Assembly: GCF_047602565.1 (NCBI RefSeq)
Contig: NZ_JASGGX010000001.1
Coordinates: 4,667,257-4,731,256, forward strand
Direction of reading: 5' to 3'
Source: Propionivibrio sp.
GTDB lineage: Bacteria > Pseudomonadota > Gammaproteobacteria > Burkholderiales > Rhodocyclaceae
DNA length: 64,000 nt
Under the pieces are notes generated by a model, which saw nothing but the letters and a program-made list of their open reading frames with translations, made no database searches and had not been told where the DNA came from. Below, one piece after another: positions 8,515 to 17,636 of this stretch (position 1 is its first letter; every line of letters begins with the position of its first letter). The position numbers and the translations under genes are program-made.

Positions 8515-11500
8515 TCAGAACAGCTTGTACTGCTGCTGTTCCGCGCGCGCCTTGCGCGGCGGGGCGTCCTGCGTGCGCAGCAATTCCGGCGCGATGTCAT
8601 CCAGGAAAGGCGAGGGCGGCGGCGTGCGGCGCTGGCCGCGCCAGGCGCGTTCGCGGGCGCGGGTGAGGAACAGCCGGTCCTTGGCGCGGGTCAGGGCGAC
8701 ATAGAACAGGCGGCGTTCCTCGGCCGCCGCGCCGGGGTCGGCCTCGCCGGCGGCGTTCCATGAGAAGGGCACCAGCCCGTCCTCGACGCCGACCACGAAT
8801 ACCACCGGGAACTCCAGTCCTTTGGCGGCGTGCATGGTGAGCAGCGAAGCGCGGTCGGCGCGGGCGTCCCAGAAATCGGCCTCGGTGGATAGCGCGACCC
8901 GTTCACGCAGTTGCGTTTCGTCCGCCGCGTCGGCGGCGAGCGCACCGAGCCACCGGCGGGCTTCGGCCAGCGCTGCCTGGCCGGCGGCGTCCTGCTCCGG
9001 GCGCAATTGTTCGGCCGCGGCGGCAATGCGGGAGGGCAGGACGGCGGTCTGTCGTTCGCCGTCCTGCCCGGCCAGGGCGTCGAGCAGCGCCGTCACCAGC
9101 GGCTGGTTGGCGATGGGCGCGGGCGAGCTTTTCTTGTACGGGATGCCGGCCCGGTCGAGGGCGTCGCGCAGCGCGGCGGCCTGCGCGTCGGTGCGGTAGA
9201 GCACGGCGAAGTCGGCGAAGCCGAGCCCGCCGCCATCGCGGGCGGCGCCCTTGCGGCCGGCGGCGAGCATGTCGTGGCCGCCGAGCAGGCTTTCGATCGT
9301 GGCGGCGACGAAGTCGGCTTCGGCCCGTTCGTCCGCGGCGGCGTACAGGATCAGCGGCTCGCGCATCGGCCGGGTGACGTCGTCGGGCGTGCCGTTGCCG
9401 ATGACCTGCGCGGCGGCGCCGACGATGCTGCCGGTGGAGCGGTAGTTGCGCCCGAGGCGCAGCGTGCGGGCGCCTTGGAAATCCTGGCCGAAGCGGGCGA
9501 AGCAGCCGGCGTCGGCGCCGCGGAAGCCGTAGATCGCCTGGTTCGGGTCGCCGATGGCGCAGAGGCTCGCGGCGTCGGGCGCGAGCAGTTGCAGCAGCCG
9601 GTACTGGCGCGCATCCACGTCCTGGAACTCGTCGACGCAGATGTGGCGGAAGCGTCGCCGCCAGCGGGCCGCGACGGCCGGGTCGTTTTCGAGGATGTCC
9701 ACCGGCAGCCCGACTAGATCGTCGAAATCCACCCACTGGCCGGCCTGGCCGAGCCGGCGGCAGGTGGCCAGCGCGGCGGCGCTTTCCTCATCGGCCGGTG
9801 GCGCGCCGGTGCGCTTGAGCAGCGACACGGTTTTCAGCAGGCGCATCGCCTTGGCGTGGCTGAGATCGAGGTCGGCGGCGAGCGCGGCGGCGCGTTCGCG
9901 CTCGTCGGCGATGCGGAAGTCCGCCGGCAGGCCGGCGGCCGCGCCTTCGGCGTGGAGGAAGGCCAGCCCGAGGGAATGGAAGGTGTGGATCGCGCATTCG
10001 CCCGCGCTGGCCGGGATCAGCGCGGCCAGCCGCGCGCGCAGTTCCTCGGCGGCGCGGCGGGTGAAGGTGATGGCGAGGCAGGCCTGCGCCGGTTCGCCGC
10101 CTTCGAGGATCAGGTGCGCGAGGCGGTGGGTGAGCATGCGCGTCTTGCCGGAGCCGGGGCCGGCGGCGACGATCAGCGGACCGTCCACCGTCGCCGCGGC
10201 GCGGGCCTGATCGGCGTCGAGCCCGGCGAGCAGGCCGGCGTGGCCGGAGGGCGCGGGCGCCGTCGGCGGCATGGGCTCCGCTGGCGCTTCGGCTACCTCG
10301 GGGACCGGCGCCGGCGCGGCCTGCGGGGACGGCGGCAAGGGCAGGTCGAACAGCAGGTCGCCGTGGCTGAGGCGCTTCAGTTCGCCGTCCTCGAACAGGC
10401 GGATGACGCCGTATTCGCCGTCGTAGCCGGCCTGCCGGATGACGCGGCCGGCGCGCAGCCGGGCGACCGCCTCGCCGAACAGCGCGTTCACCCGGCGGAT
10501 GTCCTCGACCGGCGTTTCGCCGAGGATGGCGAAATCCGGCCCGAGCGCGGCCGAGAGGCGGTCGTAGGCATGCGCCACGCGGCGCGAGGCGACACCGCTG
10601 TCGAGGATTTCGGCGAGCATTTCGGGCAGCGGCACGAGGCTGCTCACCGCGCCGGCGGTCGGCGGCGGCAGACCGGCCGCGCGGTCGGCCAGCGCCTCGA
10701 CCCGGTGCGCGACGCCGACGGTCAGCGGCTTGCCGCACACCGGGCAGCGTCCGCCGCGGGCGAGGGTTTCCACCGGGTCGAGGCACACGCCGCAGGCGCG
10801 GTGGCCGTCCAGGTGGTACTTGCCTTCCTCCGGGAAGAATTCGACGGTGCCGACGTAGCCGTCGCCGGTCTCCAACGCCCGGCGCATGGCGAAGAAGTCC
10901 GGCGCGCCGGCGAAGCGCGTCGCCTCGCGGCCGAGCTTGGCCGGCGAATGGGCGTCGGAGTTCGAGATCAGGCGGTAGCGGTCGAGCGAGGATACCCGCC
11001 AGTTCATTTCGGGGTCGGACGACAGGCCGGTTTCCACCGCGAAAACGTGGCCGGCCAGGTCGCCGTAGCATTCCTGGATCGAATCGAAGCCCGACTGCGA
11101 GCCGAGCGCGGCGAACCACGGCGTCCAGATGTGCGCCGGCACGAGGTAGGTGTCCGGCCCGGATTCGAGCGCCACTTCCAGCAGATCGCGCGAATCGAGG
11201 CCGAGGATGGGCCGGCCGTCGGAAGCGATGTTGCCGATCCGCGCGAGGCTGGCCGCCAGCCGGTCGGCGCCGGCGAAATCGGCCAGATAGATCAGGTGGT
11301 GGATCTTGCGCGTGCGCTCGCCCTTCTTGTAGATGGTCGAAATCTCGGTGGAGAGCATGAAGCGCACCGGCGTCCGGCAGGCCGGCGGCAGGGTCGCCAG
11401 CACCTCGGCTTCGAGGTCCGGCCGCAGGGCGAACAGGCCGTTGCCGGCGGGCACGAGCTTGTCCTTCATCTCGGCCAGCCACGCCGGGTGCACGCAATCG

Positions 11501-11622
11501 CCGGTGGCGACCACCGCGATGCCCTTGCGCGCCGCCCACCAGGCGAGGTGTTCCAGGTCGAGGTCGCGGCTGGTGGCGCGGGAATGGCGGGAATGTACGT
11601 GCAGGTCGGCGTGGAACGTCAT
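8515..11622 (-). CDS. PHP (TIGR00375-like) domain fused to UvrD/REP helicase
   Basis: N-terminal ADLHVHS, PAHIWTP, SNSDAHS and a CxxC pair; C-terminal AGPGSGKT, VDEFQD, NYRST, HAAKGLEF, EERRLFYVALTRA. Confidence 0.9.
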   Translation of the reverse strand: MTFHADLHVHSRHSRATSRDLDLEHLAWWAARKGIAVVATGDCVHPAWLAEMKDKLVPAGNGLFALRPDLEAEVLATLPPACRTPVRFMLSTEISTIYKKGERTRKIHHLIYLADFAGADRLAASLARIGNIASDGRPILGLDSRDLLEVALESGPDTYLVPAHIWTPWFAALGSQSGFDSIQECYGDLAGHVFAVETGLSSDPEMNWRVSSLDRYRLISNSDAHSPAKLGREATRFAGAPDFFAMRRALETGDGYVGTVEFFPEEGKYHLDGHRACGVCLDPVETLARGGRCPVCGKPLTVGVAHRVEALADRAAGLPPPTAGAVSSLVPLPEMLAEILDSGVASRRVAHAYDRLSAALGPDFAILGETPVEDIRRVNALFGEAVARLRAGRVIRQAGYDGEYGVIRLFEDGELKRLSHGDLLFDLPLPPSPQAAPAPVPEVAEAPAEPMPPTAPAPSGHAGLLAGLDADQARAAATVDGPLIVAAGPGSGKTRMLTHRLAHLILEGGEPAQACLAITFTRRAAEELRARLAALIPASAGECAIHTFHSLGLAFLHAEGAAAGLPADFRIADERERAAALAADLDLSHAKAMRLLKTVSLLKRTGAPPADEESAAALATCRRLGQAGQWVDFDDLVGLPVDILENDPAVAARWRRRFRHICVDEFQDVDARQYRLLQLLAPDAASLCAIGDPNQAIYGFRGADAGCFARFGQDFQGARTLRLGRNYRSTGSIVGAAAQVIGNGTPDDVTRPMREPLILYAAADERAEADFVAATIESLLGGHDMLAAGRKGAARDGGGLGFADFAVLYRTDAQAAALRDALDRAGIPYKKSSPAPIANQPLVTALLDALAGQDGERQTAVLPSRIAAAAEQLRPEQDAAGQAALAEARRWLGALAADAADETQLRERVALSTEADFWDARADRASLLTMHAAKGLEFPVVFVVGVEDGLVPFSWNAAGEADPGAAAEERRLFYVALTRAKDRLFLTRARERAWRGQRRTPPPSPFLDDIAPELLRTQDAPPRKARAEQQQYKLF

Positions 11623-11723
11623 GACGAAGCTGGCCTCGTTTGTTCGATTCCCCGAATTATAGGGGCCAGTCCACTGCCCAAAGCCGCGCCGCCGTGCCGG
11701 ACGGCGGACGTTTCAGGATGCCG

Positions 11724-12374
11724 CTAACCGGCAGCAGGCCCTGCGTCCTTGGTGGCCGCGCCGTTTCCCGAGCATGCCGCGGCGCGCGAGCGTTCCCAGT
11801 TGCGCGCGTCCGCGGCGATTCTTTCCGCTAGCGCGGCGACGAGGCGCTGCTGCCCCAGCACCAGTTCCGGATAGCCGCCCGCAGCGGCAGCTTCGAACTG
11901 GCCGCTGCATACCAGCCGGGCATCGGCCGCTTCGCCCGCGAAGCCCAGGGCCCAGTCCGCGTCGAGGCTGACTTTGCTGCCGGGCCAGGCGTCGAGCCGG
12001 CGGATCTGCACCTTGAGCCTCAACACGGGTTTGTTCGCCGGTTTGGCGAGGCCGGCGACGTCCCGGGTTTGCAGGCGATGCACGAGTTCGGCCGACAGCG
12101 CGTTGCGCACTTCCTCGCCCAGCGGCCCGGCCCAGCGTTCGCCGTCGAGCACGGCGACGCCGGTCGGACCCTGGCGTACCACCAGCTGCGGCTGGTCCAG
12201 CTGGGCCGGAATGCCGACCGCCAGGACGTCGATCGCGAATCCGGACGGAGGCTGGCCGGCCGTCGTCCGATTCTCCAGGACCGGCAGCAGGGTGTGGTAG
12301 TGCACCGGCGCGGAGGCGCAGGCGCCCAGGGCGAGCGAAACGGCGGTCAGGCCGTGTAGGATCGGGCGGTTCAT
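11724..12374 (-). CDS. pqiC: PqiC family lipoprotein
   Basis: LGAC lipobox, ERWAGPL motif, downstream of pqiB. Confidence 0.82.
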   Translation of the reverse strand: MNRPILHGLTAVSLALGACASAPVHYHTLLPVLENRTTAGQPPSGFAIDVLAVGIPAQLDQPQLVVRQGPTGVAVLDGERWAGPLGEEVRNALSAELVHRLQTRDVAGLAKPANKPVLRLKVQIRRLDAWPGSKVSLDADWALGFAGEAADARLVCSGQFEAAAAGGYPELVLGQQRLVAALAERIAADARNWERSRAAACSGNGAATKDAGPAAG

Positions 12375-14056
12375 CGTGATGGCTCCTGCACCGGGTCCTG
12401 CGCCGGCGGTTGGGCTGGTGATTGGACTGGCGACGGGGCCGGCATGGCGGCGCGGTCGTCCGGGCGGCCGCGCAGCAGGGATTCCGGATGGCGCCCGAGG
12501 AAATCGGTCAGCACGCGCAGCGAGCGGGCGGCGCGCTGCACTTCCTGCAGCGTCTGGCTCAGGTCGTGCTGCAGCGGCGCATCGTCGGCCAGCGCGCTTT
12601 CCGCCGTGCCGAATGTCTGCTGCGCGCGCTGCAGGGTCTTCGAGGCTTCCGGCAGGACGTCGCCGTCCAGCTGCTTGAGCGCCTTGTCCAGACTCGCCAG
12701 CGTGGTGTCGAGATTCTTGCCGATGGCTTCGAAAGGCACCTTCTCGATCCTTTCGACGATGCCGGCGACCTGTTCCTGCACCCGGTCGAAGCTGCTATTG
12801 ACGGTCGGCAGCATCAGCGGGCGCGCGGATTCGTCGAAGGCGACCTTCGGCGCGTTGGGCACGTGCTCGATCGAGATGTAAAGCTGCCCGGTCAGCAGGT
12901 TGGCCGAGCGGGCCTGCGCGCGCAGGCCGCGCGCGACCATGTCGCCGAGGAAGCGGGTGGCCTGCTGCTGCGGATCGTTGCCCGCCACGGGCACCTTCTT
13001 CAGCACCCGGCTCAGCCGCTGCGGATAGACCAGGATGCCGACCACGGTGGAGAAACTGTGCCTGGCCTGATCGTAGTCCAGGCTGATCGACACCACTTTC
13101 CCCAGGTCGACGCCCGAAAACACCACCGGCGCACCGACCGACAGGCCTCGCAGCGGCCGTTCGAAACGCAGCTGAAAGAACTGCGCCGGGCCGTCGGGCG
13201 GCGCCATCGCGGTCGTCTGGTCGCCGGCCAGGACGTACAGCGAGTTTTCGGCGGCGGGCTCGCCCGGTTCATGCTCGGGCGCGGCGAAGGCGATGCCGCC
13301 CGAGACGATGGTCGCCAAGGACTGCGTCCTGAGCTTGAGCCCGTCCGTCCCGAGCGAGACGTCCAGGCCGCTGGCATTCCAGAAGCGGGTGTTGGTGGTG
13401 ACGAAGCGGTCGTACGGCGCGTCGACGAAGATTTGCAGCCGGACGTATTTGCCGTCTTCGTCGAGCTGGTGCGAGGCCAGCCGGCCGACCTGCACGCGCC
13501 GGTAATACACCGGCGAGCCGATGTCCAGCGAACCCAGGTCGGGGGTGCGCAGGATGAAGGACTTGCCGGGCATGTCGCCGGCCACGGTGGGCGGCGTTTC
13601 CAGGCCGGTGAAGGTCTTGCTGGTCGCCGTGGCGGAACCCTTGTCGACGCCGATGTAGGCGCCCGAAAACAGGGTGTCGATGCCCGACACGCCGCTCGTG
13701 CCGATGCGCGGGCGCACGACCCAGAAGCGGGTGTCGGCGCGGGTCAGGTTGGCGGCGCTCTTGTCCAGCGAAATCGTGGCGACGATGCGCGAACCGTCCT
13801 CGTCCAGCGTGATGCCGGAGACCACGCCGACCGTCACGTCCTTGAACTTGACCGGCGTCTTGCCGGCTTCCAGCCCGGCGGCCGTGCGGAAGGTGACCGA
13901 GATTTCCGGCCCGATCGACAGCCAGGCGTGCACCAGCATCGATATCCCGATCAACGCGGCGACCACCGGCACCAGCCAGATCAGGGAGACGCGCCAGCGG
14001 GGGCGGATCACGGCGGGCTCGCCGGGTTCGGGCATCTGTTCGGATTCGTCGTTCAT
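12371..14056 (-). CDS. pqiB: PqiB/MlaD-domain intermembrane transport protein
   Basis: WLVP N-terminal TM, three MCE-like domains (GLEAGKT, GSLDIGSPV, GLSVGAPV), GLRAQ. Confidence 0.92.
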   Translation of the reverse strand: MNDESEQMPEPGEPAVIRPRWRVSLIWLVPVVAALIGISMLVHAWLSIGPEISVTFRTAAGLEAGKTPVKFKDVTVGVVSGITLDEDGSRIVATISLDKSAANLTRADTRFWVVRPRIGTSGVSGIDTLFSGAYIGVDKGSATATSKTFTGLETPPTVAGDMPGKSFILRTPDLGSLDIGSPVYYRRVQVGRLASHQLDEDGKYVRLQIFVDAPYDRFVTTNTRFWNASGLDVSLGTDGLKLRTQSLATIVSGGIAFAAPEHEPGEPAAENSLYVLAGDQTTAMAPPDGPAQFFQLRFERPLRGLSVGAPVVFSGVDLGKVVSISLDYDQARHSFSTVVGILVYPQRLSRVLKKVPVAGNDPQQQATRFLGDMVARGLRAQARSANLLTGQLYISIEHVPNAPKVAFDESARPLMLPTVNSSFDRVQEQVAGIVERIEKVPFEAIGKNLDTTLASLDKALKQLDGDVLPEASKTLQRAQQTFGTAESALADDAPLQHDLSQTLQEVQRAARSLRVLTDFLGRHPESLLRGRPDDRAAMPAPSPVQSPAQPPAQDPVQEPSR

Positions 14057-14676
14057 TCTCTGTCACAGTCCCAAATCAGGCGTGGATCGAAGCTCATGGC
14101 CGAGAGCATGGTCAGGATCACGACCAGGCCGAAAAACAGTATGCCGATGCGCGGCTCGATGTCGCTCAGCGCCTGGAACTTGACCAACGCGGAGACGATC
14201 GCCACGACCAGCACGTCGAGCATGGACCAGTAGCCGACCAGTTCGATCAGGCGATAAAGCTTGGCGCGTTCGCGCATGGCCCGGCGGCTTTGCCGCCGCG
14301 AGCTGGTCAGCAGCAGGCCGAGGACCAGGAACTTGGTGCAGGGCACGGCGATGCTGGCGATGAATATGATCAGCGCGATTTCGTAGGAACCTTCCCGCCA
14401 GAACTGGATGACGCCGCTCATGATGGTGCTGTCGATGCCGTGGCCGAACATGTTGGTATACATGACCGGCAGCACGTTGGCGGGGATGTAGAAGACGAGC
14501 GCGGCGACGAGCAGGGCCCAGGCCCGTCCGATGCTGTCCGGGCGGCGGCGGTGCAGGGCGCTGCCGCAGCGCGGGCAGGCGGCGTGTCCGGTCCGGTCCA
14601 GCGTGTCCTCGCACACCAGCCCGCAGCCGTGGCAGCCGATGACGCGCAGCTGGGATGCCCGGGGTATCTCGCTCAT
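14053..14676 (-). CDS. pqiA: Paraquat-inducible protein A (second copy)
   Basis: CxxC...CPRC zinc motif, PANVLPVM, WSMLDV. Confidence 0.9.
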   Translation of the reverse strand: MSEIPRASQLRVIGCHGCGLVCEDTLDRTGHAACPRCGSALHRRRPDSIGRAWALLVAALVFYIPANVLPVMYTNMFGHGIDSTIMSGVIQFWREGSYEIALIIFIASIAVPCTKFLVLGLLLTSSRRQSRRAMRERAKLYRLIELVGYWSMLDVLVVAIVSALVKFQALSDIEPRIGILFFGLVVILTMLSAMSFDPRLIWDCDRE

Positions 14677-15299
14677 GTCACGGTCCGCGGCGGCGGGTCG
14701 GCCTCGGTCAATTCCCACAGCCGGTGGGTGTCCCGGTTGGCGATCAGCGTGATCAGCACCATCAGCCCGGCCGTCGCCCAGATGCCGGCGCCGGGCGCCA
14801 CCTGCACCAGGCTGGAGAGCTTGATGACGGCCACCAGGATGCCGAGCAGGCAGACTTCGATCATGCTCCACGGGCGCAACGCGGCCAGCATGCGCATCGC
14901 CGGCGCGAAGCCGGGCGCGCGGCGGCCCGCGCGGGCGTGGACCAGCACCCAGGCGAGCAGGGTGATCTGCAGGAAGGGCACCACGATGATCGACAGCGCG
15001 GTGGGGACGGCGATGACGGCGATCGGGCCCTGCGCCAGCGCGGCGGCCGATTCCCAGAGCGTGGTCTCGTTATGGACGCCCTGCAGGCTGATGCGGATGA
15101 CCGGGCAGACGTTGGCGATGACGAAGGCGATGGCGGCGGCGAGCGTCAGCGCCAGCCAGCGGTTGACGTCGATGCGGCGGGCGCGGTAGAGGATCGCCGC
15201 GCAGCGGGCGCAGCGCGCCGCTTCGCCCACGGCCAGGGGCCGGCGCCGATAGACGCTGTCGCAGTGCTCGCAAACGATCAAATCGGAAAAAGTTCTCAT
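14673..15299 (-). CDS. pqiA: Paraquat-inducible protein A (first copy)
   Basis: CEHC...CARC, WSMIEV, IKL motifs. Confidence 0.9.
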   Translation of the reverse strand: MRTFSDLIVCEHCDSVYRRRPLAVGEAARCARCAAILYRARRIDVNRWLALTLAAAIAFVIANVCPVIRISLQGVHNETTLWESAAALAQGPIAVIAVPTALSIIVVPFLQITLLAWVLVHARAGRRAPGFAPAMRMLAALRPWSMIEVCLLGILVAVIKLSSLVQVAPGAGIWATAGLMVLITLIANRDTHRLWELTEADPPPRTVT

Positions 15300-15389
15300 A
15301 CGCTCTCCGCCCGCCGTTCACTATAGAACGAAACCGGCGTCTCCGGCCGCGACCGCCGGGCCTCGGTCCATCCCGGCCGGGCCGTCCGG

Positions 15390-17607
15390 CTAGACGCAGG
15401 CGGCCCGCTTGCGGTTCAGCGTTTCGCACAGGGCCGCCGGGGAGAGCGGCCGGTAGTAGTAGTACCCCTGCATCGTGGTGCAGCCGGACTGCTGCAGATA
15501 GCGCGCCTGGAGTTCGGATTCGACGCCCTCGGCGACGAGGTTGAGCCCCAGCCCGTGGGCGATCGAAATGATCGCCAGGATGACCGGGAAATGGCCGTCC
15601 TCGCGCTGGATTTCTTTGACGAAGGATTGATCGATCTTGACGGTGTTGATCGGAAAGCGGTGCAGGTAGGAGAGCGACGAGTAGCCGGTCCCGAAATCGT
15701 CGATGGCGACGCTGACGCCCAGTTCGCACAGGCGCGTGAGTTGGTCGTTGACCTGCTGCGGATTGCGGATGCAGATGTTCTCGGTGATCTCCACCTCGAT
15801 CATTTCCGGGGCGATGTCGAATTCGGCGAGCGTCCGGCGCATTCTCGCCGAGAAATCGCCGCGTTCGAGGCAGTGCGGCGAGATGTTCATCGAGATGCGG
15901 ATCGGCTCGATGCCGAGCCGGTTGCGCTCCTGGATGTCGCGGCACACGGCGTCGAGCATCCAGTCGTTGATCTGGATCATCAGCCCGTTTTCCTCGGCGG
16001 ATGGCAGGAATTCGCCGGGGGAAAGCAGGCCGCATTCGGGATGGTTCCAGCGGATCAGCGCCTCGGCCCCGGCAATCCGGCCCGTCGTCACGTCGACCTG
16101 CGGCTGGTAATAGATGATGAACTCGTTGCGTTCGAGCGCCCGGTGAATGTTCTTTTCGAGTCTCCATTTCCCGATAGGTGGCGTCGAACATCGCGCCTTC
16201 GTAGAAGGAGTGGCCGTTCTTGCCCTGCGCCTTGACGTGGTACATGGCCATGTCCGCGTGGCGCAGCAGCTCGTCGATCGACTCGCCGTCCTCGGGATAG
16301 ACGGCGATGCCGATGCTGGCGGAAATGTGGAACTCGGCGTTGTCCAGGACGAACGGCTGGCGGAAGGTTTCGAGGAACTTGCCGGCGATGACTTCGGCAT
16401 CCGTCTTGTCGTGCAGCTCGGGCAGCACCACGGTGAATTCGTCGCCGCCCAGGCGCGCCAGCGTGTCGCCGCGGCGCAGGCAGTTCTTCAGCCGCGTGGC
16501 CACCTGCTGCAGCAGCTCATCGCCCTTGACGTGGCCGAGCGTGTCGTTGACCAGCTTGAAGCGGTCCAGGTCGATGAACATCACCGCCAGCCCGCTCTGG
16601 TTGCGCTTGGCCTGGATCACCGCCAGCCCGAGCCGGTCCTTGAACAGCACCCGGTTCGGCAGATCGGTCAGGATGTCGTGATAGGCCTGGTACGAGATCA
16701 TCGCCTCGGCCCGCTTGCGGTCGGTGACGTCCCTGGCCACCCCGTAGGTGCCGAAGAATTCGCGCTGGGTCGGCTCGCTGCCCACCGCGTACATGCCCAT
16801 CGAATTGAAGGAGATGGTCATCAAGGTGTTTTCGAAGGTCAGCTCCTGGTCGTTGCCCGACTGGCCCTTGAGGCGCAGTTCGACGTTGCGGGACGCGCGC
16901 TGTCCGACGCGGCGCTCGTTGAAGACGTAATGCGCGCGTTCGATGTCCTCCTCGTGCACCAGCTCCGAATAGTGCTTGCCGATCAGTTCGGACGGCGCAT
17001 AGCCGAGCAGATGCTGGGCGCGGTCGTTGACGAAGGTGAACCGGCCTTCGTCGTTGAGCGTGTAGATGATGTCCGGGGAGCTGTCGACGAGGTAGCGGTA
17101 GAGCTTTTCCGAACATTCGAGCTGCCACGCGATGTTGCGGTTTTCGTTTTCCAGGCGCTTCTGCCGCAGCGCGTTGTCGACCGTCGTCAGCAGCTCCTCG
17201 CGGGTGTAGGGCTTGCGCAGGTAATCGTAGGCGCCGCGCTTCAGGGCGCCGATCGCCGCGTCGATGCCCGTGTCGCCGCTGACCACGATGACCTTCGTGT
17301 CGATGCCGCTGGTGTTGATGAAGTCCATGATCTCGTGCCCGCTGTAGTCGGGCAGGCGCAGATCGAGCAGCGCCAGGTCGAACTTCATCTTTTCGAGATG
17401 CGCGATGGCCTCGCTGCCGGTCGCCGCGGTGACCAGCTGGTAGCCGCGCCCCTTGAGCAGTTCGCACAGGCTGTTGAGCAGCATCGGCTCGTCATCGACG
17501 AGCAGCAGGCGGGGGCTCGTCGCCGTCAGGGCGAACGCCGTGGCGGCCGTATTGTGGTTCAAGGCGAAAACGAGAGCGGCGGAATCGTTGGCGGAAATTA
17601 AACTCAT
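15390..17607 (-). pseudogene. REC-PAS-GGDEF-EAL diguanylate cyclase/phosphodiesterase with a single +1 frameshift near 16160-16190
   Basis: Frame 1 gives REC (LLVDDE), PAS and GGDEF up to MFDATYREM; frame 2 continues RLEKNIHRAL...YQPQ...EAL...DDFGTGYSSL. May be a sequencing error. Confidence 0.8.
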
Positions 17608-17636
17608 CGTCTCCTCGCGCTGAACACGTCTGGACC

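Noticed and set aside
15070-16150. C-terminal tail of the 845-aa ORF as a novel domain
   Set aside because: Out-of-frame read-through of the EAL domain after the frameshift.
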